IMG/VR virus record: IMGVR_UViG_3300048597_000651 | Coordinates: 1 to 50,608 of that record | DNA length: 50,608 nucleotides | Reading direction: 5' to 3' (one strand) | DNA from: a virus | Taxonomy: Duplodnaviria; Caudoviricetes | Shown: positions 29,408 through 36,939 of the stretch, piece by piece | Layout: each line of letters opens with the position of its first letter | How positions within the stretch are numbered: position 1 is the first letter of the stretch | Notes under the pieces: generated by a model | Database searches by the model: none | What the model saw: only the letters and a program-made list of their open reading frames with translations | What the model was told of the DNA's origin: nothing | Translations under genes and position numbers: made by a program

Positions 29408-30202
29408 ATGATCGCCAAAACTGCGCCCGTCGGCATCTGCGACCACTGCGCCGGCCCCATCCACCCCGACGAGTGGTTCACGCGCCGCGGCCCGCGCCGC
29501 TACTGCTGCATTGACTGCCGCAACACAGCGAACAGCCGCAACGGCAACCCCGTGCGCACGGCCAAGCTGCGTGAAAGCGTGGCCGCCGGCGCATGGCACA
29601 ACCCGCGCGAGCGCATGACGCCGGAGCAGATCAGCGCGGTGCAGTCGCACGCATCCCGTGCAGGCCGGCTGCGCGAAGTGCGTGAGGGGCGCTGGCGCAA
29701 CCCTGCCCTGGACGCCGCCGCGCGGGAGAAACTCAGCCGGCCACGCAAACACGCCGGCGCACTCCACATCGCCATCGAGCGCATCCGTGCCGGCGCGCAT
29801 GTCGCCGATCTGACCATCGACGAGCAGGCCGCCTATCGCGCCCACGCGCACGCGCTGCGCGAGCGTTACAAGCGCGATGAGGCGTTCATCCAATCGTTGC
29901 GCAGCCGGCGCGACATCGCCGACCTGCGCGTGTCGAAGGACGTGTTCGCCATCCGGCTCGACCTGTGGCCGGCTGGCGTGACACATGCCCTGCCGAGCTA
30001 CGATCCTGACGCGCGCCAGATCGTGATCCTGCCCGTGCCGGCGCAGCGATTGCCCCTGCAAGGGACGTATCGCGTGTCGCAGAATGGCCGGCGCATGGCC
30101 GTGCTGGCGAGCCGGCTGCTGAAGCGATTCGAGATTGCTGCCGGCGAGTGGCAGCTCGTCGCTCATGGCGCCGGCGGGCAGATGGTGTTCGAGAGGGCGT
30201 GA
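29408..30202 (+). CDS. Zn-finger, Arg-rich putative DNA-binding protein
   Basis: CDHC...YCCIDCR; basic helical repeats. Confidence 0.6.
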   Translation: MIAKTAPVGICDHCAGPIHPDEWFTRRGPRRYCCIDCRNTANSRNGNPVRTAKLRESVAAGAWHNPRERMTPEQISAVQSHASRAGRLREVREGRWRNPALDAAAREKLSRPRKHAGALHIAIERIRAGAHVADLTIDEQAAYRAHAHALRERYKRDEAFIQSLRSRRDIADLRVSKDVFAIRLDLWPAGVTHALPSYDPDARQIVILPVPAQRLPLQGTYRVSQNGRRMAVLASRLLKRFEIAAGEWQLVAHGAGGQMVFERA

Positions 30203-30237
30203 TGCGGCGCGCGATGGAGAGTGACGCCCTACCCTAG

Positions 30238-30277
30238 ACGAAACAAGCCCAGACCGGTTGGTCTGGGCTTGTTTCGT
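30238..30277. terminator. Bidirectional intrinsic terminator
   Basis: Perfect 18-bp inverted repeat ACGAAACAAGCCCAGACC/GGTCTGGGCTTGTTTCGT between convergent operons. Confidence 0.85.
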
Positions 30278-30297
30278 TTGACCTCAAATGCGACTCG

Positions 30298-30540
30298 TCA
30301 CCCACCGACATCTTCCGGCTGTGGCAGTGCCACGAAGCGCGGCTTGCCTGCATCGTTCCACGTCACGCCGGCGCCACTGATCGTAATCACCAGCGCGCCG
30401 GCTTCCTCACTCACGGTCACGTCCGCGACGCGCGCAACGTCGCGCCACAGAATGTCACGAATCACGCTCAGCGCCATGTCGAGACTGACGTTTTTGCTGG
30501 GCGGCACGTTTGCGCCTGGACTGAGTTTCACGGTTTGCAT
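30298..30540 (-). CDS. Small hypothetical protein (last gene of the early-left operon)
   Basis: AGGAGGG RBS, MQTVKLSPG..., 80 aa. Confidence 0.6.
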   Translation of the reverse strand: MQTVKLSPGANVPPSKNVSLDMALSVIRDILWRDVARVADVTVSEEAGALVITISGAGVTWNDAGKPRFVALPQPEDVGG

Positions 30541-31061
30541 AATATTCTTCCCTCCTGTTTTCATCCGGCAAGTCCTCAAACTTGCCACCGCCGCCGGCGT
30601 ATGTTTCGCGCAGGTCGCCACTGCCACGACGCAGAATATACCGCTTGCCACGATCCATGACCTCGATGCGCCAGGCAGCCTCATCATCATCGTCTTTTGC
30701 GTTGCCACGAACGCTGCCACGAGACGGATTTTGCGTTTGTGGCAACATCAACGATTCACTGGTTTTTTCCCTGCGTGGCAGTGCCACGAACTCGCTTCGT
30801 GGCACTGCCACAGACTGCGCCGGCAACGCCGGTGGCAGCGACTCAAACGAATCGCTGCCACCGCCATTCACCACTGCCGGCGCTACGGTTTTGGGATGGA
30901 CTCCAAATCCTGTGGCACCGGCCAACCCTGCGCCGGCGCATCGCTCACCTCACCCGTGGCATCGTATGGCGTGCCGTTCTCGCTGAGCCGCGCCGCCTCT
31001 GGTTTATGTTCGCTTGCAAGCGCCGCCGCCTTTGCATCATCAACGGTTTCAGATTTGCCAC
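30321..31061. repeat. Dispersed bidirectional TGCCAC/GTGGCA motif array
   Basis: 17 copies counted by eye, 14 of them within 30583-30961; includes GTGGCA-N-TGCCAC palindromes. Confidence 0.8.
30455..30888 (-). CDS. -1 frame extension of the membrane protein (basic putative DNA-binding domain)
   Basis: Open -1 frame from the slippery C CCA AAA; ends WRIEV..GKRYILRRGSG..GGKF..SRRKRAAQQKRQ. Confidence 0.6.
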
Positions 31062-32322
31062 TCGCGACCAACTCGGTTTTTCGACGCGGGTCAAAAACTG
31101 ACCAGTGCGGTGTAGGCCAGTCATACACGGTGAGGTGCAGCCCGCCCCTTTTGCGCTTGTAAAGTGCCCGTTCAGGATTCGCGAATCGCTCTATCGCCCA
31201 TCCATCCCCAGCCTCTTTCACGCCCTCGTCGGCCAGCGTCGTGCCGGCGGTGAGTTGCGGCGCTGACTGTTCGCCGCGCAGTGCTTGCCGAATCTCGCCC
31301 ACGCCGGCGCGGGTGCCATTGATGCGACCGGCGATGCGCGTGGAGAGTGGGGCGGCATTCGCCGGCCTCATCACCCGCGCCGGCGCATCTGCCGGAATGT
31401 CGACCAGCGACGTGATGACGTGCGCTGCGATGGTCAGAATGAGCGACAGCCCGACTGCGCTGACATACAGCGTCGCGCCGACTTCACCCAGCGCGCTCAC
31501 GATGGGCACATCGATTTCCGCAAGCGTGGAGATGGTCTCCACGCTCACGGCAGCGAGAAACAGACCAAACGCGATGGTGGCGATGCGCCACAGCCACATG
31601 TCGAACATATCGCGCCGCTGCGTGGCACGAATGAGCATCAGGTAACTCCACAGGAAACACGACTCCAGCACGAAGCCGGCCAGTCCGGCGACGAGCGGGT
31701 TGATGTTGCGCGACAGGCCGAAATACACTGACGCCGCCGCGCTGACGGCCACGCCCACGCCTTTGGCAATGAATCCGAGGTACTTGGATGACGCTGCCGA
31801 CGCGCTGGCATAGTCGCTCTTGTCGTGTGCGGCAAGGGGCAGGGTGATTGCCGGCACCAGCGCCACGCCGGCAAGCAGCGCCGCCACCAGCCGGCCAACG
31901 CTCGTCAGGCCATCCGGCACTGTCAGCAGGCCGCCACGCAGCGCGCTGTTCAGAGCAACCAGTGCCAGCACCAGAAACGACCATGCGATCAGTACGATCG
32001 CGCCCAGCCCGCGCAGTGGCGCGTGGGTGGATGTGAGGACGATGAACAGCACGCCGACGCACACGCCAACGCTCGACAGGGTTGCCAGCGCCGCCTCGAC
32101 CAGCGTCGCGCCGAGGCGCATCTGAAACAACTCTATGACGCTGTAGGCGGCGAACGCCACCACCGCGCAAAACAGCAGCACAGCCAGCGCAAATGCCAGC
32201 GGCTTGAGAAAGCGAAAGTCGATGGGGCCGTCCTGCGTGTCGTCTGCGACCTGCGGGCCAGGGGATGCAGGTTGAGAGGGCTTCTTGTTCTTGCCCGTGA
32301 TTGCATCGAGAATCTTTCCCAT
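30883..32322 (-). CDS. Multipass membrane protein (~8 TM) with cytoplasmic tail
   Basis: G-rich RBS, MGKILDAITGK start; many hydrophobic helices; 479 aa. Confidence 0.8.
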   Translation of the reverse strand: MGKILDAITGKNKKPSQPASPGPQVADDTQDGPIDFRFLKPLAFALAVLLFCAVVAFAAYSVIELFQMRLGATLVEAALATLSSVGVCVGVLFIVLTSTHAPLRGLGAIVLIAWSFLVLALVALNSALRGGLLTVPDGLTSVGRLVAALLAGVALVPAITLPLAAHDKSDYASASAASSKYLGFIAKGVGVAVSAAASVYFGLSRNINPLVAGLAGFVLESCFLWSYLMLIRATQRRDMFDMWLWRIATIAFGLFLAAVSVETISTLAEIDVPIVSALGEVGATLYVSAVGLSLILTIAAHVITSLVDIPADAPARVMRPANAAPLSTRIAGRINGTRAGVGEIRQALRGEQSAPQLTAGTTLADEGVKEAGDGWAIERFANPERALYKRKRGGLHLTVYDWPTPHWSVFDPRRKTELVASGKSETVDDAKAAALASEHKPEAARLSENGTPYDATGEVSDAPAQGWPVPQDLESIPKP

Positions 32323-32323
32323 G

Positions 32324-32590
32324 TCAGTTTCCCCCCTTGCGTGGCTTGTCCGAGCCGTCCATCGCTCGGATAACCTGTATCGTAAACAGGTGAATCGTCG
32401 CAACCAAAAGCGATCCCCCAACCATTGCTGCAAGCAACATGGGCGGCACGCGAAAGTCAGTGAGGAGCATGGCCGCGATCAAACCGAGCGTAATCGTTGG
32501 CAATGCGCGTGTAATGATGCTGAGCGGCCTGATTCCGGCTAGCGCAAGCGCAATCACCATGCCTGCAAAAAATGCAATCTGCTCGCTCAT
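32324..32590 (-). CDS. Small 3-TM membrane protein
   Basis: 88 aa, hydrophobic, coupled to its neighbours. Confidence 0.7.
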   Translation of the reverse strand: MSEQIAFFAGMVIALALAGIRPLSIITRALPTITLGLIAAMLLTDFRVPPMLLAAMVGGSLLVATIHLFTIQVIRAMDGSDKPRKGGN

Positions 32591-33117
32591 GGCTGCACCT
32601 CATGCGATGCAGCAACGGCGGTTTCCCACGCGCTAGTACAACCGATCACCATGTCAACATCGCCTGTTCTCGGCGTCGGCTGCGGTGTGCGCATGTCACA
32701 CGCAGATGCATCCGCGTAGCCTCTCACGCCATTCGTCGCGCGAATCGCCGGCGGCTGCGGCGTGACGACGATCACCTGCGTCTGCACGTCGATTACCTGT
32801 CGCGTCACCTCAACCGTCGCCGGCACAATCACCGTCGCCGGCACAATGCGCGTTGCTTCAACGATGCGTGTCACCTCCAGTATTTGCGGTTCAACGCGCG
32901 GTTCAACGGGGGCAAAGCTGGGCGTCTCCGATGGGGCAGGGGCGGGCGTCGCCGGCGACGCTTGCTGCTGAGACTGCTGCTGAGACTGCTGTGGCATGTT
33001 TGTGCCGGCCAACCTGCGCAATTCCTCATTGCCGCCGGTGCCGTCGCTGCAACCGGCCAGCACGACCGCGACGATGAGGATCATCGCCAGTCCGATCAAT
33101 CGAAATACGTTCTGCAT
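32587..33117 (-). CDS. Lipoprotein with Pro/Gln linker and VEVTR-type repeats
   Basis: Lipobox VLAGC; GAGG RBS. Confidence 0.75.
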   Translation of the reverse strand: MQNVFRLIGLAMILIVAVVLAGCSDGTGGNEELRRLAGTNMPQQSQQQSQQQASPATPAPAPSETPSFAPVEPRVEPQILEVTRIVEATRIVPATVIVPATVEVTRQVIDVQTQVIVVTPQPPAIRATNGVRGYADASACDMRTPQPTPRTGDVDMVIGCTSAWETAVAASHEVQP

Positions 33118-33156
33118 GGTTACCTCTTTTGAATCTTGTAATCTCGTCTACAATCT

Positions 33157-33220
33157 CGCTCCGGCGCGAGTTGACTACCTCTCTCGCGCTGCCAGCGGTG
33201 ACAGCCGCTGGCCTTTTTGT
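33157..33220 (+). ncRNA. Candidate antisense small RNA
   Basis: TACAAT at 33149-33154; hairpin GCGCGAG/CTCGCGC; terminator GCCAGCGG/CCGCTGGC followed by CTTTTTGT. Confidence 0.45.
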
Positions 33221-33222
33221 CT

Positions 33223-33360
33223 CTACCGTCCACCTCCACCGCACCCGAAGAACCAGCGCGCAAACACGCCCAACACAAAACCGCTGCCGGCGCCGATGAA
33301 CAGCGCGCCGGCAACCATGACGCCCAGCAGGGTGCCCACATCATTCGGATTCAGTTCCAT
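33223..33360 (-). CDS. 45-aa single-TM peptide
   Basis: AAAGGAG RBS; MELNPNDVGTLLGVMVAGALFIGAGSGFVLGVFARWFFGCGGGGR; below the ORF-track length cutoff. Confidence 0.65.
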   Translation of the reverse strand: MELNPNDVGTLLGVMVAGALFIGAGSGFVLGVFARWFFGCGGGGR

Positions 33361-33551
33361 CGTTCACTCCTTTTTGCTTGCGCCTTTTTGCGCCGCCGGC
33401 GCTGCGTGCAATGCGTCTCGCGATATGCCGCGCCGCCGGCAGAGATCGTCTGCACGCTCCGTCCGATCACCTGGCCGAGCGCGTCTTGCAGCCGGCACCA
33501 CGCCCGCCCGCGCTCGACCCGTTCCACGATGAGGGTGAGTTGCTGTGCCAT
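33351..33551 (-). CDS. Small basic hypothetical protein
   Basis: 66 aa, GAGG RBS. Confidence 0.55.
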   Translation of the reverse strand: MAQQLTLIVERVERGRAWCRLQDALGQVIGRSVQTISAGGAAYRETHCTQRRRRKKAQAKRSERWN

Positions 33552-33554
33552 GCC

Positions 33555-33893
33555 TCATTCGCCCCCGCGCACTGCGTTGCGCCGCATCGCATCGCGCAAA
33601 ACCGTCGGCGCCCACGCCGGCACGAACGTCGAGTGCTTGGCCTTCGGCGTCACCACCGTCATCTCGATCAGCCGGCCCTGCTGGACGCCCCACTTGAGGG
33701 CCAGCGTGATCGTCGCCCCGCGCGTCAGCCCCGTCGCCGCCTGCAACTCGTTGTAGGTGGGCGGACGGCAATGCTCCACATACAGCCGCTCATAGGTCGC
33801 CAGCAGGTGCAGCCGGCGCGCCGTTGACTGCGTCTTCGTCGTAATCTTCCGTGCGCTTGTCGTCATCGTTGTTGCCATCGTCGTTGTCGCCAC
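33555..33893 (-). CDS. LexA-N-like winged HTH protein
   Basis: RPPTYNELQAATGL...ITLALKWGVQQGRL. Confidence 0.6.
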   Translation of the reverse strand: MATTTMATTMTTSARKITTKTQSTARRLHLLATYERLYVEHCRPPTYNELQAATGLTRGATITLALKWGVQQGRLIEMTVVTPKAKHSTFVPAWAPTVLRDAMRRNAVRGGE

Positions 33894-34047
33894 CCAGCCG
33901 GATCGCCGCGACCGCCGCGCCCAACGTGCTCCACGAAACCGGTTGTGCTTGCCGCCCGTTGCGGGTGGGGGTGGAGCAGGACGGGCACCGCTTCAGCGTG
34001 CCGTTCAGGGCAATGATCCAAATTTGATCCATGCAGACATTGCACAT
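33790..34047 (-). CDS. Small Zn-ribbon protein
   Basis: CNVC...RCPSC; GGAGG RBS. Confidence 0.5.
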   Translation of the reverse strand: MCNVCMDQIWIIALNGTLKRCPSCSTPTRNGRQAQPVSWSTLGAAVAAIRLGGDNDDGNNDDDKRTEDYDEDAVNGAPAAPAGDL

Positions 34048-34080
34048 CGCTCACCTCCGTGGCCGATGCGCTTTGACCTG

Positions 34081-35142
34081 CTACATCGACCGCTCCTGTG
34101 ATCGCTCCTGTTCTTCCCGCCGGCGCTTCTCCTCGCGCTCGACTGCCTCAGCCTCTTTGCGCGCCCGCTCGGATTCGGTATACACCGCCTGCGAGCGACG
34201 AAACGTTCTGCCATTTGCCATCTGCCGCTCGGCCTGTTTACGTTCGCGTTCTGCGCGCTGTTTGAGTGTGTCGTCGGCACTCTCTGCCGGTTGCGCCGGC
34301 GGCATCTCGAACAGCACCATCTGGCCGGTTTCGGCATATTCCTCAAGGATGCAGATGCCGACCGCCGTCACACTGCGCACCAGCCCGACCCGCTGCCGTG
34401 CCGCCGTTGATTCCTGCGCCCGTCGCAAATCGGCCAGAATTTCCTCTGTCCGCTCGACCGTAAAATGCTTCGCGGCCAGCGCGACAATCGCGTCACACAA
34501 CACCTGGCGCTTGCGTCCGGCGATGCCAAACTCGTAAATCACCGCCAGCACGCGCTTGCGGAAATCCGCCAGAAGCTCGAAGCGCGCCGTCCCCTCAAGA
34601 GGATTCACAAAGTTCACAAAGTTCATGCCAGCAGCAGCTTGCATGCTGCTTGCTTGATTAACTTCTGTAGTACGTACATGTACTGATTCAGAGCAGATTT
34701 CGCGTGAACTTTGTGAACTTTGTGAACTTTGTGAACTTTGAGCCACGCCTAAACATGAACTTTGTGAACTTTGTGAACTTTGTGGATTTACAAAGTTCAC
34801 AAAGTTCATGCTGTTTTGCACATCGTTTTGCGCAATGTTTCCCACGTCCGGGGCAACCGGAAGTTCACCCGTCGGGGCAACCGACATGAGCTGCGCGCCG
34901 CCTGCGCGCAACAGGTGAACCGTCGTGGCACTTTGCTTGTTTTGCTTGCGGCTGATCCAGCCGCCGGCTTCCAGTTCCTGCATCCAACGCACGACCAGCG
35001 GGTAGGCGCAACTCAGCGCCTTCGCCAGATCGGCATTTCGTGTGGTGAGCGCATCGCCACCGGCGTGCTGCCGCAGCCGGTCGTAGAAACGCTGCGCCTT
35101 CTCGCTCGGTTTCTCGCACGGTTTTGCGTTGTCGTGTGTCAA
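34081..35142 (-). CDS. Replication initiator (N-terminal wHTH, internal iterons)
   Basis: NADLAKALSCAYPLVVRWMQELEAGGWISR HTH; internal 9-bp repeats, as in lambda O-type genes. Confidence 0.75.
   Translation of the reverse strand: MTHDNAKPCEKPSEKAQRFYDRLRQHAGGDALTTRNADLAKALSCAYPLVVRWMQELEAGGWISRKQNKQSATTVHLLRAGGAQLMSVAPTGELPVAPDVGNIAQNDVQNSMNFVNFVNPQSSQSSQSSCLGVAQSSQSSQSSQSSREICSESVHVRTTEVNQASSMQAAAGMNFVNFVNPLEGTARFELLADFRKRVLAVIYEFGIAGRKRQVLCDAIVALAAKHFTVERTEEILADLRRAQESTAARQRVGLVRSVTAVGICILEEYAETGQMVLFEMPPAQPAESADDTLKQRAERERKQAERQMANGRTFRRSQAVYTESERARKEAEAVEREEKRRREEQERSQERSM
34604..34810. repeat. Putative replication origin: 9-bp iterons GTGAACTTT in both orientations
   Basis: Blocks at 34604-34626 (rev), 34704-34740 (fwd x4), 34755-34785 (fwd) and 34788-34810 (rev), around an AT-richer palindromic spacer. 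Confidence 0.8.
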
Positions 35143-35184
35143 GTCGGATCGTTGTCCGACGCCGGCACACAGGCGGACATCCTA

Positions 35185-35302
35185 TTGACACGCCCCGCAA
35201 CATGCTGTAATGTTGTTGCGGCTGGTGTGGCATCTGTCCGCTGTGCCAGTCGTCCTACCGAACCCCAACAACCCGCCAGGTGAGAGGGGTTCGAATTTTT
35301 TT
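35185..35302 (+). ncRNA. Candidate counter-transcript RNA upstream of rep, with its promoter
   Basis: TTGACA-17bp-TAATGT (35185-35213); terminator CGAACCCC/GGGGTTCG plus AATTTTTTT. Confidence 0.6.
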
Positions 35303-35319
35303 CCTCTAGATCGTCCTTT

Positions 35320-35688
35320 CTACGCCGGCATCAGTTCATCGATGGGCACGTAGTGCGGCTCACTTCTTCGTGCGGTGCTGCCGGCGGCCGCTTTTGGGGC
35401 CTTGCCCCGTTCGCTGCCCCGTTCGCTGCCCCGGTCGGGCAGGGGCGGCGGCTCGTTCAGGCTCAACAGCCGCGCAATCGCCAGTTGGATCAGCCGGCTG
35501 CGATCCATGCGCTGATCTGCATCCGCGATGTCCGCGTTCAGTTGCGCCAGATATTCATTCACCGCGTTATCCATCCACGCCGGCCACGAAATGCCGCGCT
35601 GCACCCGCCCAGGCGACGCCGGCGCAATCAACTGCTTCAACTCCCTCAGCACGGCCTCATTCACTGCCGCCTTGTTTGCCTCTCTCAT
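35320..35688 (-). CDS. Ribbon-helix-helix (CopG/Arc-like) regulator
   Basis: VQRGISWPAWMDNAV...MDRSRLIQLAIARLL; AGGAGG RBS; first gene of its operon. Confidence 0.7.
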   Translation of the reverse strand: MREANKAAVNEAVLRELKQLIAPASPGRVQRGISWPAWMDNAVNEYLAQLNADIADADQRMDRSRLIQLAIARLLSLNEPPPLPDRGSERGSERGKAPKAAAGSTARRSEPHYVPIDELMPA

Positions 35689-35695
35689 GTAGCCT

Positions 35696-35741
35696 CCTAT
35701 TGACTGGAGTCATATTAGCCTGACATATGACACTTTGTCAA
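35696..35741 (-). promoter_or_regulatory. Early-left promoter with TGAC-N5-GTCA operator
   Basis: TTGACA-18bp-TAATAT; TTGACAAAGTGTCA overlaps the -35. Confidence 0.7.
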
Positions 35742-35744
35742 GTG

Positions 35745-35780
35745 AAAAAAGAAAAACCCCGCCGGTTGGGCAGGGTTTCT
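35745..35780 (-). terminator. Intrinsic terminator
   Basis: AAACCCTGCC-loop-GGCGGGGTTT followed by a T-run. Confidence 0.75.
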
Positions 35781-35802
35781 AAAGCAAACGAGACGTGCTT
35801 TT

Positions 35803-36492
35803 CTAAAAGCCGGCGGCCTTAGCGATTTCAGCAATGAGGCGAGACACTTCATTGAAATCGCTTGTAGCGGCCTGTATCTCGGCGGGATTCATTTCGTCGA
35901 TGCCTTGTGCGTAATGAGTCGCTGCGCTGTCGAGGTGATCGGCCATCTCTTTGACCAGCCTGTCGGCTACTGCCATCTCGGGCGGCGCGGTCAACGCATG
36001 GAACTCCAATGCGTTTTGTTTCATCGTTGCCAGCTTGAGCGCCATGTTGAGCTTCCATTCGGTATTGCGCACAAGTGAAGGCGTTTTGCCGGCAAGGGAC
36101 GACAACGAGCCAAACTCAGTTAAATTTTCACCGGCGCGTTTCATGATCTCGCTGAGCGAACGTAGATATGTCTGCTTCGATGCGGTGATTGCCGAGTCAG
36201 TCGGAGTTTCGGACGGTGGCGATGTCGGCGCCATGTCTGGCTGTGCCGTTGGTTGTGCTGTTGGTTGTGCTGTTGGTACGGCGGTCGCGGTGGGCAACTC
36301 TGCCGTGGTTGACTCGACAGGCATCACATTTGCGGTCGCCGCAGGAATTGATGCAGGGGTTGGCGCAGGTTGTCTCGGTAGCAGCGCGGAGCCAATCACG
36401 CTCAGCCCACAACACGCCACAATGATGGCAACTACGCCGATTAGTATTTTCGATAACGTGCTTCGTCTGGGTTTGGAAGGTGTGGTTTGCAT
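35803..36492 (-). CDS. Membrane-anchored protein with Pro/Thr linker (lysogenic cargo, superinfection-exclusion candidate)
   Basis: N-terminal TM, PTAQ repeats, helical C-terminal domain. Confidence 0.7.
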   Translation of the reverse strand: MQTTPSKPRRSTLSKILIGVVAIIVACCGLSVIGSALLPRQPAPTPASIPAATANVMPVESTTAELPTATAVPTAQPTAQPTAQPDMAPTSPPSETPTDSAITASKQTYLRSLSEIMKRAGENLTEFGSLSSLAGKTPSLVRNTEWKLNMALKLATMKQNALEFHALTAPPEMAVADRLVKEMADHLDSAATHYAQGIDEMNPAEIQAATSDFNEVSRLIAEIAKAAGF

Positions 36493-36622
36493 GTGAACCT
36501 CGACACCGCGATGTCGGAGGACACTTCATACAGCAACAATCAGCCGGCGTAGCATCCCCGCTCGCGTTGTCTAGGGTGATAGTCGCACGTCGCGCGCGCC
36601 GGCGCATCGGCTGGAAGACTGG

Positions 36623-36656
36623 AAAACGAAACACCCCGCCAAGAGCCGGCGGGGTG
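36623..36656 (-). terminator. Intrinsic terminator
   Basis: CACCCCGCC/GGCGGGGTG followed by TTTCGTTTT. Confidence 0.65.
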
Positions 36657-36711
36657 CACTAAGGAGTGATGATTTGGTTTGCTTGAATGGGTTGGTGTTA
36701 CATAGGCAATA

Positions 36712-36936
36712 TTACTGCGCCTTTGCCTGCAATCTGCGACCCTTGTAATTGGACATTGGTCGACGCAATTGCGTTTCAATTTTGATAGCAGGCTCATGTG
36801 AATCGTTGCCAGTCGTTGAGGCCATAGGCCAGTATTCCCTTGCCGCGGCAGTATCGTTCTGTCCAATGACAAGTCGTGCGTCTGAAATCAAATCTGGCAA
36901 TGCAACATAGTAGGACCTTTCATGGTTGTCATTCAT
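36712..36936 (-). CDS. Small hypothetical protein (lower GC)
   Basis: 74 aa, starting 3 bp after the protease stop. Confidence 0.55.
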   Translation of the reverse strand: MNDNHERSYYVALPDLISDARLVIGQNDTAAAREYWPMASTTGNDSHEPAIKIETQLRRPMSNYKGRRLQAKAQ

Positions 36937-36939
36937 GGC

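Noticed and set aside
33120-33344. 74-aa ORF from the track
   Set aside because: The overlapping 45-aa TM ORF has the RBS and protein-like composition.
34604-34810. CRISPR array
   Set aside because: The 9-bp units have no spacers, lie inside rep, and no cas genes are present.
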